A stretch of 32,788 bases of DNA, taken from Chiloscyllium plagiosum (lineage: Eukaryota). Each line of letters opens with the position of its first letter. Positions within the stretch are counted from its first letter, which is position 1. Positions 1 through 10,852 of this stretch are shown here, one piece after another. Below the pieces are notes generated by a model that worked only from the letters and a program-made list of their open reading frames with translations, ran no database searches and was not told where the DNA came from. The stretch lies in NCBI RefSeq assembly GCF_004010195.1, contig NC_057718.1:94212039-94244826 (forward strand), written 5' to 3'. The position numbers were made by a program, and so were the translations under genes.

Positions 1-517
1 ATCAGCCCCTTCAGCTGCTAACCTTACTGTTTTAACTCTCTGCCCTTCCACGTGAGTTTGCACTACTTCCTCATTAAGGTTATCTTCAGCCTTTATCTCC
101 AGCCTTTTAAGCCGACTTTCCTTTTTAAGGGCCAGTTTCTGAAGTTCAAACGCGCTCTCTTTTTCTCTCTGTTCTGTGCTCTTTTTCTTTCTCTTCTGCT
201 TCTCTCTTTTTCTCCCTCTCTTCTGCTTTTAATCATAACTCAAACTGTTTCGTTTCTGCTGCCCTTTCCTTATCTCTCACCTCTAACTCAAGCTGCTTCA
301 TTTGCAATTGAATTCTTGCCATCTCTACAGATTCTGATGGTTTCTCCAGCAAGTTTAATTGCTGAGCTACTGCTGTAATTATCTCTCCTTTCCTCACAGA
401 AGTAGGCAGGTCCAATCCCAGCTGCTCTGCTAAATCCTGCAGCTTGGTCTTATTCAGCTTTTGCAAAACTCTCAAAGTCACCGCACCCACATCCAGGAAA
501 CTTTAAGAAAGAGCCAT
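1..517 (-). pseudogene. Decayed gag N-terminus of a Gypsy-type (Gmr1-like) LTR retrotransposon; continues beyond the window start
   Basis: ATG at 517-515, about 100 bp downstream of the LTR. ORF 233-490 (LQKLNKTKLQDLAEQLGL...EMARIQLQMKQLELE) is followed by an E/K/R-rich coiled-coil stretch with stops and frameshifts. It resembles fish/shark Gypsy gag N-termini (recalled). Confidence 0.75.
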
Positions 518-597
518 TACCCTATCCCAAGCTTTGTCTACCCAGCCTAACAAACACCTGAAAAATAGGCACTAACACCTACCACTCACTATTTAAA

Positions 598-617
598 ATC
601 TCGCAAAGAGGCCCTTA
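598..617 (-). other. Degenerate primer-binding site, possibly tRNA-Pro type
   Basis: The minus strand reads TAAGGGCCTCTTTGCGAGAT 2 nt after the LTR end. It loosely matches the tRNA-Pro PBS TGGGGGCTCGTCCGGGAT with several mismatches. Confidence 0.35.
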
Positions 618-619
618 TC

Positions 620-1268
620 TGCTATGGGCTAGACCAGACCACTCAAAACATTCTTCCGCAGGCAACCCAGACCATAACTTTGCAATCTGTTTTGGTAAGT
701 GTACAGTGAAAATTAACCGGAGTAAGTTAGCTAGGTTGACTACCAGGTTTTAAAACAGAAAAACAGTTATTCACAAAATTACACAATTGAACACAAAGAG
801 CAGGATAAAGAACCCCTACAGAAGTCAGTCTATTTAAACTAAACTTAATTGTGCTGTTCCAAATATACACAACAGTCCCAATAAGCAAATCTTCTGAAAA
901 AAGACAGTAAAAGTGGAAAAAATGCTTCAGGGTTTAGAAGTGCAGGAGGACAGAGAGCGTAGCAACCCGTTTCCAAGCAGCTCACTGTTGAACTCCTAAC
1001 GAGTTCTAGACTGAACTGCTCAGCCAGAGAGCTGACCACGCCCCTTTCATTATACAGGTCACTTCTAAAACATGACCACTTTGGCCTGAAGTCTCATCAG
1101 TTTACATTTCAACAAAAAAGGCCTCTCAACATCCTTTTTCATCTCTGTACTAAACTAGTCACCTCGGAGCCAGGAGGGTTTTATGATCCCTCTGAAAGAA
1201 ACCAAGGGCACAGTAACCTTGAGAAAAAGAACAGCATTTAGAAACAAAACAGGACCAGCTTTGTAATA
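620..1268 (-). mobile_element. 5' LTR of the Gypsy-type element
   Basis: Ends are TGCTA...TAATA (decayed TGTTA...TAACA). It abuts the PBS-like site and gag. Its start (TGCTATGGGCTAGACCAGACC) and an internal CTACCAG..TTATTCA block are homologous to the LTR at 16765. Confidence 0.75.
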
Positions 1269-1287
1269 ATCTGTTTCCGTGCTGTAT

Positions 1288-1496
1288 AAAGTTTAAAAAT
1301 CACACAACGCCAGGTTATGGTCCAACAGGTTTATTTGGAAGCACTAGCTTTCGGAGCACTGCTCCTTTATTAGGTAATTGTCAACCACCTGATGAAGGAG
1401 CAGCTCTCCGAAAGCTAGTGTGCCTCCAAATAAACCTGTTGGACTATAACCTGGTGTTGTGTGATTTTTAACTTTGTACACCCCAGTCCAAATACA
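1288..1496. mobile_element. Penelope-like pLTR-derived palindromic element
   Basis: Inverted arms of ~90 bp (about 1283-1375 and 1387-1480) around a ~11-nt spacer. Flanking direct repeat TGCTGTAT at 1280-1287 and 1497-1504. Contains a hammerhead core. Confidence 0.8.
1386..1420 (+). ncRNA. Minimal hammerhead ribozyme motif (Penelope type)
   Basis: CAC-CTGATGA-A-GGAG(CAGCT)CTCC-GAA-AGCT-A-GTG. Stem I is CAC/GTG, stem II GGAG/CTCC, stem III the palindrome AGCT, and the cleavage triplet CUA. Confidence 0.75.
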
Positions 1497-1692
1497 TGCT
1501 GTATGGTTCTGTGACTCTATGACTCTATAACCGAGATATCTCAGGGGACAGAGAGATGGGCTTTCTGAATCTGTAAAGCTGAACAGTGTATTTCCATAAG
1601 AAACAATTCAGAGAATGTGCTAATATTGTATTGCACACCTTGACATGTTTATAACCTGCTTTTCATATTTATTGAAGCTTCAGTTGACTCAG

Positions 1693-1832
1693 TTAAAAAT
1701 CACACAACACCACCTGATGAAGGAGCGACGCTCTGAAAGCTAGTGTGCTTCCAATTAAACCTGTTGGACTATAACCTAGTGTTGTGTGATTTTTAATTTT
1801 GTACACCCCAGTCCAACACTGGCATCTCCGAA
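1693..1832 (+). mobile_element. Short Penelope-like pLTR-derived element with 13-bp TSD
   Basis: Same family as 1288-1496: a 20-nt inverted head followed by the forward unit. TCAGTTGACTCAG is duplicated at 1680-1692 and 1833-1845. Confidence 0.85.
1711..1745 (+). ncRNA. Minimal hammerhead ribozyme motif (Penelope type)
   Basis: CAC-CTGATGA-A-GGAGC(GAC)GCTCT-GAA-AGCT-A-GTG; the core is intact. Confidence 0.75.
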
Positions 1833-2013
1833 TCAGTTGACTCAGGTTTCTTTCCAGAGTTAAACTCATCAATGTCAGTGATACTCCACAAGAAGGGCAA
1901 GGCAAGTCATTTCAAGAAATTGGCTGGGTCCCCTGCAGCAACACTTTTGTGAAGAAGTAAAGAAAAACTATTGTGCCCTGCATGACCACCAAAAATGTTT
2001 CACCTCCATTTAA

Positions 2014-2329
2014 GCCTTTTTTCTCCAGGTCAGGGGAGTCCAAAACCAGAGGTTTAAGATAAGGGGGAAAGATTTAAAAGGGACATACTAGGGCAACATT
2101 TTCATGCAATGTGTGGTCCATGTTTGGAATGAGCTGCCAGAGGAAGTGATGGAAGCAGGTACAGTTACGCCATTAAAAAGGTATCTGGACGGGTACACGA
2201 ATAGGAAGGGTTTGGAGGGATATGGGCCAAACGCTGGCAAATAGGACTAGATTAATTTAGGATATCTGGTCGGCATGGACGAGTTGGACTGAAGGGTCTG
2301 TTTTTATGCTGTACACCTCTATCATTCTA
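2014..2329 (+). mobile_element. CR1/HER1 LINE 3' fragment
   Basis: Encodes a decayed GESKTRG...WNELPEEVMEAGT, followed by the 3' UTR GGTCGGCATGGACGAGTTGGACTGAAGGG and the tail. Confidence 0.9.
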
Positions 2330-2339
2330 AGCATACTCA

Positions 2340-2612
2340 CTGTTGCAATGTAGGAAGTGCAGTTGCCTGTTCGCACACAACAAAACCTCCTGAAACATAA
2401 ATGTGAAAATGTGATGCAGATTGTGTGATAAATATTGGCAATGGAACCTTTTCTATCCACCCAAACACGCAAATGGAGCCTTGCTTCAATCATCTCATCC
2501 AAAAAGATGCCATCTCGGACAGTGCAGCACCCCACCAGTACTACACTAGAGAAGCTGGCTTTAGTATTAGCTTTATAGTGGAACTTGAACTCAGGACCTT
2601 GCAGCTCAAAGT
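2340..2612 (-). mobile_element. Old Deu-domain tRNA SINE relic (SacSINE1-like)
   Basis: TCATCCAAAAAGATGCCATCTCGGACAGTGCAGCAC...GGAACTTGAACTC resembles the reverse complement of the Deu-SINE head and B box (recalled consensus). Confidence 0.6.
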
Positions 2613-3841
2613 ATTTTAATTGGTCAATGCATGCATGATTCTACCTGTAATGACCATATGGCTACAACTCTTCCAATACTTTTAGCACAGCAGTGCAATT
2701 TGTTGGACTCCTGACAGCTTCCAAGGAGTTGCCAGATTGGCTGACTCAACCACTGTAGCTTCTCATTGCACAGAATGATTGGACCCTATAATAAGTTACA
2801 TGTTCAGAAGCCAGTTTTTGTAAGTGTTTGAACAGCACATGGTAACAATTACTGATAGGATGGGTTCAGATAGCTCGTTCTGTTGTGGTAATCTGGCTAT
2901 TTATCCTTACTGACCTGTGGGACTGATTGTCATATGTAATGAAGAGAACTGAAGCCTCTGCTAAAATTCAAATGATCCTTCAAGTACAACTGTTCACCTT
3001 TGCTGATGAATACACTTGACAAAGTGAAAGGGACAATGAGAATGACCTGGAGTGCTGCTGGATAGTAATAGGATTTCTGGAGAATCCACATTGAATGTAC
3101 TTCAAATAGGCTGAGTGGATAAACATCAAAATAATGTGTTAGGCAGCAGAGAAAGAAAAAGGACATTCCTTTACTTTAAAGCAAATGTTACAGCAAATCA
3201 ATACAGACATACTGCCACGGAGGGGGGGGGGGCGTTGAGGAGGGAGGTGGGCAAATGAAGGATTTAATCAGTTCACAGCAGAGCTTCAAGGATGTGTAAA
3301 AGCAGATGAACACAATTAATGGGCCAGTTAGATAGTACTAATCAGCCACTTTCTACATTGTAACCTTGTTATTTTGACTGGATTCCTAGCTGTTTCTTTT
3401 CATATTTCTACAGCTGTATTGTTCTGTGATTGTAAATCTGCCAGGAGTGGGTGTTTCCTGGACAGAACTATGTGTTGTTATGTGGCTTGCTAAATTAGCT
3501 GCAAACTTGAAGGGAAAGCCCATAATTTCTGGCTGTTTTCACAAAATACCATGCTTGGAGTGGTGTTTCCTACGTGAAGGGAAATGATTATCAAGCCACT
3601 ACAATATGGATTGAGTGCACACACGCTCCTCATTTCCAATCCAGTGAGACACGAACTGAAAAGAAAAAGAAACATCCTCTTTTTAATTCCTCACAATTAA
3701 CCTTCTGCACACAAATGGCTTTCAGGACCGCACATAACCGAGCACCAGTCATTGATGCCAAGAGGAGTCCAGATACAAGGCAGTGAGTTTAAGATAACAC
3801 ACCAACCAGGAATGATTCAACAAAGAGGGATTTATGAAAAA

Positions 3842-4037
3842 TCAACTGCATTTATATCGCCCTTTTCACCACCACCAGATGTCCTGAAGTGCTCTGCAAT
3901 CATTTTTTAAGTTTACTGTGGGAAAGACGATAGCCCATTTTTGTGCAATAAGCTGCCACAAAGAATAACATGATAACGATTGGAGAATCTGTTCTTGTGA
4001 TGTTCATTGAAGGACATTTGTTAGTCAAGGCACCGGG
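3842..4037 (-). mobile_element. Deu-SINE/L2-type 3' tail relic
   Basis: AACTGCATTTATATCGCCCTTTTCAC...GATGTCCTGAAGTGCT is the reverse-complement counterpart of the tail at 29720-29780. Confidence 0.55.
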
Positions 4038-4070
4038 ACACACACACACGCACAGACAGACAGACAGACA

Positions 4071-4101
<31 letters not shown>
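4038..4101. repeat. (CA)n/(GACA)n compound microsatellite
   Basis: Seen directly. Confidence 0.97.
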
Positions 4102-4102
<1 letters not shown>

Positions 4103-4129
4103 GTGGGGCAGTGGTAACAAGAAAGGGGC

Positions 4130-4193
4130 AAGTCATGCCCCATAAGTTGGATTGAAGGGTCCATTTCCATGCTGTACAGCTCTATGATTCTAT
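4130..4193 (+). mobile_element. CR1/HER1 3' tail
   Basis: AAGTTGGATTGAAGGGTCCATTTCCATGCTGTACAGCTCTATGATTCTAT. Confidence 0.8.
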
Positions 4194-4561
4194 ATTGATA
4201 AAAGAGTTGAGTGCTTCCCTCTAGTCTTTGGATAGGGAAAGATTCCGGAAGGGAAATAAAAACTTTAGATTTACAATAAAACCCTTATTGGATGGCTCAC
4301 GGAAGATGTTACCTAGTATGGTGACAAAACGTCTGAAAATGAACCTTCCAGCTCAGTGAGCAAACCTACATCCAGACCCTTGTAAATCTCTGAGAATCTT
4401 TTGCTGCCTCATTCAAGGATGAGTCAACACATGGATAGCTTTATACTGAACAATCTGTTTAAAAAAAACACTGCCCAGATAGCTCACCTGCTTGACAAAT
4501 CAGCTGCACCTTTTGGATCAAATTAATCACCATTGTGGGCTTCTACTAACTGGACCCAGAC

Positions 4562-5075
4562 TCATAGAGTCACAGTGATGCACAGCACCGAAACAGACCC
4601 TTCGGTCCAACTCGTCCATGCCGACCAGATGTCCTAAATTAGTCTAGTCCCATTTGCCAGCACTTGGCCCATATCACTCTAAATCCTTCCTATTCATATG
4701 TCTATCCTGATGCCTTTTAAATGCTGTAATTGTACCAGCCTCCACCACTTCTTCTGGCAGCTCATTCCACATACGCACCACCTTCTGCGCAAACAGGATG
4801 CCCCTTAGGTCCCTTTTATATCTTTCCCCTCTCACCCTAAACCTATGCCCTCTAGTTCTGGACTCTCCCACCACAGGGAAAATACTTTGTCTATTTATCC
4901 TATCCATGCCCCTCATGATTTTACAAACCTCTATAAGGTCACTCCTCAGCCTCTGACACTCCAGGGAAAACAGCTCCAGCCTATTCATCCACTCCCAATG
5001 GCTCAAACCCTCCAACACTGGCAACATCCTTGTAAATCGTTTCTGAACCCTTATAAGTTTCACAACATTCTTCTT
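4562..5075 (-). mobile_element. CR1/HER1 LINE 3' fragment (ORF2 C-terminus and 3' UTR)
   Basis: ORF 4674-5063: RVQKRFTRMLP...LFSLECQRLRSDLIEV...GESRTRGH...WNELPEEVVEAGT. Confidence 0.93.
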
Positions 5076-5771
5076 ATAATTTATTTCAGTGCAAAGATAC
5101 TAAAAGGCACATTGTAAAATACCTTAACATTTTTGCATTGTCTAAAAATGCTGACTGCCATACGTTAAAATGTCTAACAAATGGTCTGAATTTTCTTGCT
5201 TTAAGAACATACATTAAATTATTTAAAATCAGGTTTTTACATGTGGTAGACTAGATACTCAATGCATCACACTGTGCTGCGATGTTAAATCAATTTTGAC
5301 TATTGCTTTGAAGAATGAGTCAGCACACTCCCTTCATCAGAGATGCACTGCAGGAGTATTGTGTCTGTGCATTATAAGGTTCACTATGGCAGCTCACTAA
5401 GCTTATTCTGACAGCACCTGACCTCATGCACCTTCCCCCACCTTCCTCCAGGAACCATCACAGGCTTGAGAGGGCCAAGAACAGAAATATCATGGAAAAT
5501 TTTCATTTGTTCAAGAGAAGAAACACGATTTTGAGCATAATTTGAACACAGGCAATCATTTATGCCTTTGCTTTGATGTCTGATTTATGCAAAGCTCTGT
5601 CAATTACCAATTTTGCCAACAAATATTTGAATTTGTAGAAGATTGTAGTTCATGGTTGCTTGAGGAGGGGATGAATCTTTGAATTCCACCCCACCCCCAC
5701 AAACACACCTCAATTGGCTGTAACAAAGAATTTTTAATACTCTTTTGCACAGAGCTATATCACACATAACT

Positions 5772-5965
5772 AAAGATGTGAAGGTGCCAGTGTTGGGCTG
5801 GGGTGGGCAAAACCAGAAGTCACATGACACAGGTTATAGTCCTACAGGTTTATTAAAACCACAACCTTTCAAAACGCTGCCTCTTCATCAGGTGAAAGTT
5901 TGTGATTTTAAGTAAATCAGTTGGACTGTAACCTGGTGTCATGTGACTTCTGACTTTGCCCACTT
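5772..5965 (-). mobile_element. Older Penelope-like pLTR-derived, partly inverted element with a decayed hammerhead core
   Basis: Related to 1693-1832. The minus strand reads CACCTGATGAAGAGGCAGCGTTTTGAAAGGTTGTG at about 5860-5894. Inverted arms CAGAAGTCACATGACAC / GTGTCATGTGACTTCTG. Confidence 0.7.
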
Positions 5966-6757
5966 CAACGAGAACGTAATACTAGTTGAACTTAAGGAAC
6001 CAATTACAAGGTTTTCTTGAATGAAAGAAAGAGGAATTTTATTAGTTACTGAATACTGAAATATCAAACACTCACAAAAACATAGGCACAAAGTTTAAAA
6101 GGGAGAGAGCCCAGTGCCAAGAGGAAGATCAAATATGTACAGTTGAAAAAGAATCCTTAAAATCCTTGAGGGTTAGGTTTTAACCTGAGACCAGGGTTGT
6201 TTATTTGGTGACTTTCATCCTCAGTTGTAGTGAAATATGTAGATATCTTGGAGTTCTCAGTGAATGGATACTTCTCTAATTTGCTTTTCACTGAGTGTTG
6301 CCACCTGAAAGGCTAAGAGAAAATATTAGCAAACTTTTTAGTTCCAATAATTTTCACCGAAAGCTATTGCCTGAAATGTAGATTATTTGTGTATTCTCAT
6401 GACTGGTTTCACTTTTTTCAGGTTGAATAATGCGCAGGCAACTTTCATCTTGATATGTGAAACTTTTGGAAAGGTAGGAGACAGAAATCTGAGCTGCAAT
6501 GCCTTAATATAATAGCACTAACTTTGGGGCTCAGATCGATTTTTATTTAGGAATGGTTTCACAAGCTTGGCTCAGTCTCCTCAGGTGATCATTGTGACCA
6601 TCTTAAGTGCTTTTTCTTTTTATCAAGCCGTTTCAGCTGATGGAGGTTTCCATGTGTTAAAATCATATGATGGGAGTCTAAGTAATTCATTGCCCATTGT
6701 TACCACTATCATAAGAATGAATAGTGTGTCAGGAGCTATGCTAAACAGGAACATCTG

Positions 6758-6843
6758 GAAGGAGGACTGCAGATGCTAGAGGTCAGAGTAAAAAAGTGTG
6801 GTGATGGAAAAGCACAGCCAGTCAGGCAGCATCTGAGGAGCAG
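6758..6843 (-). mobile_element. Penelope-like terminal repeat fragment (second family)
   Basis: GAGGACTGCAGATGCT...GGAAAAGCACAGC..CAGGCAGCATC is the reverse complement of 10770-10850. Confidence 0.65.
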
Positions 6844-6940
6844 TTGAGCTCAGAAGTTAAGCTCATAATGTGATATTCTAAAGAATACTTAACAAAAATC
6901 TAACACAGAAACATGGTAATGATGTTCAATGGATGATGAA

Positions 6941-7127
6941 TTATAGAGTCATAGTCATAGGGATGTACAGCACGGAAATAGACCCTTCGGTCCAACTCAT
7001 CCATGCCGACCAGATATCCCAACCCAATCTAGTCCCACCTGCCAGCACCCGGCCGGTATCCCTCTAAACCCTTCCTATTTACATACCCATCCAGATGCCT
7101 TTTAAATGTTCCAATTGTACCAGCCAC
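6941..7127 (-). mobile_element. CR1/HER1 3' end
   Basis: ATAGAGTCATAG tail and 3' UTR matching 4562-4740. Confidence 0.9.
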
Positions 7128-7189
7128 TTTATCACAACAGACACACCTCCAGCACCCCTCACCCACAGGCTGGAAAAGGATGGCTATAA

Positions 7190-7700
7190 GTTATTTATGC
7201 ATTATTTATTGTCACATATATCTAGAAAGATACAGTGAAAAATGTTCTGCTGACACAATCCAGTGGCATTTTGAGTTACACAAATAAAAATAAGAAATTA
7301 TATAAATAGACTTCATCTTTTGCACGATGGCTTTTTAAACACTGTTCCAGGGCTTCTACAAGGGCTCCTGGACCTGAAGGAGTTCCTATGCTACAGGCCT
7401 CCTTCAAACAGGAGTCCCTGCTCCAGGCACCACCTCTGCCATAGCAACATGCCACTGCTGCCTAGAGTCCCTGCTCCGGGCACCACTACCATCAGAGCTG
7501 AGGACCTGCTGAGTCCACGTTTCAGGACTACCACAACCATGGCTCATCGCTCCAGGTACTGCCACAGCCAAAGACCTGCTGAAGCCCTGAGTCCACTCTC
7601 CAAGCCTACTGTAGCCAGAGGCCTGGCTCTGGGCCACCATCACCACCACTGCAGCCGATGATGTGCCGAGTACACACTCCGGGTCTTCTGCAGTCAGGGG
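7190..7700 (-). mobile_element. Unclassified element with a Rex1/Babar-like 3' tail and a GC-rich body
   Basis: TTATTTATTGTCACAT...TACAGTGAAAA is the reverse complement of the tail at 8895-8935. The body carries short internal repeats (GAGTCCCTGCTCC, CTGAGTCCAC). The right boundary is uncertain. Confidence 0.45.
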
Positions 7701-7884
7701 TCGTTGGATATCCCAATCATGAATCAAAATCGAATATCAGTCAACATGGGGGTCAAATCACCCAAATGATCAATACTGAATCATTGCCAAGTGTAAGCCT
7801 AACCCCACCTCCCTCACCATCACAATAATTAGTTATGTGCTGCTACGGATTAAGAAGTTGCAATGTGGGATATGAGAAGAGAGA

Positions 7885-8350
7885 CTTTTTTTAAATTTAC
7901 TCATGCAAAGTGAGCATTATATTGGAGCCAGCATTTATTGCCCTAATTGCCCAGAGGGTAGTTAAGAGTCAACCTCATTGCAGTGGGCCTGGAGTCACAT
8001 GTAGGCCAGACCAGGTGAGAACAGCAGATTTCCACAAAAGGACATTAGTGAACCAGATGGGTTTTTACCAACAATCAACAATGGCTTGACAGACATCATG
8101 AGCCTGTTCTTTCCAGATTTCTATTTAATTCAAACTATGATTTTCAGCAGTGGGATTCAAACTCAGAACAATTCCTAGGATTCTGAATTAATAGTCTAGC
8201 AATAGGCTACTCCATGCATCTGCTATCTCTGTACCTCTAGGTGGTAGAGGTCATGGGTTTGGGAGATATTGTCAAAGGGCCTTGGTGCATCTTGCAGATA
8301 GTATCCATTGCTGCCACAATGTACCATTATAAAAGGAGTGAATGTTGAAT
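7885..8350 (-). mobile_element. LINE-derived repeat fragments (CR1/L2-group)
   Basis: CCAGCATTTATTGCCC is shared with 11530-11690. 8240-8320 is a reverse-complement match to 18640-18720. Confidence 0.55.
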
Positions 8351-8399
8351 GTGATGCTGATCATATGTGCTTTGTCAGAAGAAGAGATTTCACAATATC

Positions 8400-8945
8400 T
8401 TCCTTACAAAGTGCCTCTCTCCACATTTCCTTATCCTTTTATAGATGCACCATTGAAACATTCTATTTGGATTCATCACAGTTTGGTATGGCGACTGCTC
8501 TGCCCAGGACTGTAAGAGACTACAGAGAGTTGTGAATGCAGCCCAGACCAATCCTGCAAGCCAACCTTCCATCCATTGTCTCCATCTGCACTTCCCTCTG
8601 CCTCAGAAAGGCAGCCAACATCATCAGAGACCCCTCCCGTCCTGGTTATCATCTCTTCTGACCTCTTGCATCAAGCAGAAGATACAAAAGCTTAAACACG
8701 CACCAAAAGAATTCAAGAACAGCGTCTTCCCTGCTGTTGTCAGACTTCTAAAACAACCTCTCACATTTCAAATCTAATGATGATCTTGCTGTTTGTGCAC
8801 TTTCCTTGCAGCCGTAACTTTGTATTCCTCGTTCTGTTCTATCACCCTGTGATCTTTGTAGGGTATGATCTGCCTGTACTGCACGCAAAACAAAACTTTG
8901 CACTGTACCCAAGTACATGTGGCAATAATAAATCAAATCAAATAC
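8400..8945 (+). mobile_element. Rex1/Babar LINE 3' fragment
   Basis: Encodes FYRCTIE...ITVWYGDCSAQDCKRLQRVVNAAQ (DUF1891-like region) and FKNSVFPAVVRLL. Ends with AATAAA and an (ATCAA)n tail. Confidence 0.85.
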
Positions 8946-9294
8946 AAAATCCAAACATGAACAAACACAGTTTAAAAGAAACGCATTTTGAAGAGCTAAA
9001 AGTGGTTCCTTAATTCAGCAGGCTAGGTTTGTTGGCAATGAAACAATCAATCCTGAGGCTATTTTGCATAGTTAATACTCATTTATATTAATGATCGGAA
9101 AGACAGATTCCATTACTAAAACAAAATCATTCACCATGAGTTAATGAAAAGTCAACCTTTCTAAGTATGAATAAAATGAGAAAAATTTAACCCGCTCATC
9201 ACCATGGGGTTAAGAAATTGAATCATCCTTGTTTTCCTGGCTGACTTTACACACTGGAATTGGAATAAAACTATGCTGCCTATATCTCCACATG

Positions 9295-9400
9295 TACCAA
9301 GTCCAATCTATCTAACATTCCTGCACTCACTGACTTATTTTGGTTCATATTTTGTTGGCAATGGTCTCAATTCTAAAATTCTTGACTTTATATTCATCAG
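9295..9400 (+). mobile_element. Old L2 LINE relic
   Basis: Decayed IPALTDLFW...LNSKIL resembles the L2 ORF2 motif TPVLADLHWLP..RIDFKIL (recalled). Confidence 0.45.
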
Positions 9401-9493
9401 TATAAACCGTTAGTCTGTCTCATTGTTAATACAATGAGGATTTGCATGAGAAAGGTACAAACAGAGGAAACTTTGTTTGCAACAGCAGCCAAT

Positions 9494-10470
9494 TAGAGTC
9501 TTAATGCCATACAGCATGGAAACAGACCCTTCGGTCCAACCAGTCCATGCTGACCATGTTCCCACATTAAGCTAGTCCCACCTGCCTGCGCTTCGCCCAT
9601 ACTCCTCCGAACATTTCTTATTCATGTACTTATCCAAACGCCTTTTCAACATTGTAACTGTATCTTCATCCATCACTTCCTCTGGAAGTTCAATCCACAC
9701 ACAAACCACTCTCTGTGTAAATAAAATTGTCCTTTGTTTCCTTTTCAAACCTTCCCCCTCTCACCTTAAAAATATGCCTCCTAATCTTGAAATCCCTCAC
9801 CCTAGGGAAAAGACACCTACTACTCATCTTATCTATACCCCTCATGACTTTATAAACCTATATAAGGTCATCCCTCAACCTCCCACACTCCAGTGAAAAA
9901 AATCCCAACCTATCCAGCCTCTTCTTATAATTCAAACCTTTCATACCCAGCAACATCCTGTTAAATCTCTTCTGAGTCCTCTGCAGCTTGATGATATCCT
10001 TTATATAACAGGGCGGCACGGTGGCACAGTGGTTAGCACTGCTGCCTCACAGCACCAGAGACCCGGGTTCAATTCCCAACTCAGGTGACTGACTGTGTGG
10101 AGTTTGCACATTCTCCCTGTGTCTGCGTGGGTTTCCTCCGGGTGCTCCGGTTTCCTCCCATAGTCCAAAGATGTGCAGGTCAGGTGAATTGGCCATGCTA
10201 AATTGCCCATAGTGTTAGGTAAAGGGGTAAATGTAAGGGTATGGGTGGGTTGCGCTTCGGTGGGTCAGTGTGGACTGGTTGGGCCGAAGGGCCTGTTTCC
10301 ACACTGTAAGTAATCTAATCTAATCTAATCTAAAACTACACACAATACTCCAGAAGAGGCCTCACCGACGTCCTGTATCACCTCAACATGACGTCTCAAC
10401 TCCTGTACTCTCAAAGATCTGAGCAATGAAGACAAGTGTAATAAACACCTCCTTAAACAGCCACTCTACA
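9494..10470 (-). mobile_element. CR1/HER1 LINE 3' fragment, interrupted by an HE1 SINE
   Basis: Collinear with 4562-5075 and 20006-20643. Resumes after the SINE at about 10333 (AAAACTACACACAATACTCC). Confidence 0.88.
10011..10332 (+). mobile_element. HE1-type tRNA-derived SINE, full length
   Basis: A box TGGCACAGTGG, B box GGTTCAATTCC, V-domain-like core GGAGTTTGCACATTCTCCC, CR1-like tail and (TAATC)n. Confidence 0.93.
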
Positions 10471-10704
10471 CGTGAAACTTGAAGCCGTGCAAATTCCCTT
10501 TGACCTTTTCATCTTTGAAAACATTGAGCAGGATCTTCTGGACTTGGTCCCTGCTGTGAAAGGGATGCCATTTTCCAATTAGGAATTTGATTTCCTCTTT
10601 TGAGCTTTGCTGAGGTTCTTTCCCAGACAAATGGCATCAGATTCCTTGCATTGAGATTCCCATCCATTTCGGGAGACAAACCGAGATGCTCACCAGTTCT
10701 ATCG

Positions 10705-10852
10705 AAGCAAGGCGAATCGATGTTTCGGGCATGAGCCCTTCTAAGGCCAAAACGTCGATTCTCTTGCTCCTTGGATGCTGCCTGACTGCTGCGCTTTTCC
10801 AGCAACACATCATCGGCTCTGATCTAGAGCATCTGCAGTCCTCACTTTCTCC
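10705..10852 (+). mobile_element. Penelope-like pLTR-derived partly inverted element (second family)
   Basis: Inverted GAATCGATGTTTCGG / CCAAAACGTCGATTC. A partial hammerhead (GAAGGGCTCATGCCCGAAACATC) lies on the minus strand. Ends AGCATCTGCAGTCCTCACTTTCTCC. Confidence 0.7.

Larger units (their letters stand above)
1269..1529 (+). mobile_element. CR1 (HER1)/HE1 3' tail, interrupted by a Penelope-derived element
   Basis: CTGTTTCCGTGCTGTAT...GGTTCTGTGACTCTATGACTCTAT matches the CR1 tails elsewhere in the window. Confidence 0.7.

Noticed and set aside
52..378. 108-aa hydrophobic plus-strand ORF
   Set aside because: Antisense shadow of the purine-rich gag coiled-coil region.
2930..3166. 78-aa minus ORF with an upstream pyrimidine tract and a faint TNF-like C-terminal look (VFISKGEQLYLKDHLNF)
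   Set aside because: Lacks the other TNF-domain motifs such as the terminal FG, and no supporting exons were found.
3219..3251. Poly-G/G-rich tract with G-quadruplex potential
   Set aside because: A simple homopolymer run with no supporting context.
9187..9213. TTAACCC...GGGTTAA resembling a minimal piggyBac element
   Set aside because: Only a 7-bp inverted repeat around 13 nt; expected by chance in 33 kb.
10011..10085. tRNA-like A and B boxes
   Set aside because: These are SINE heads, not tRNA genes; each continues into the HE1 body.
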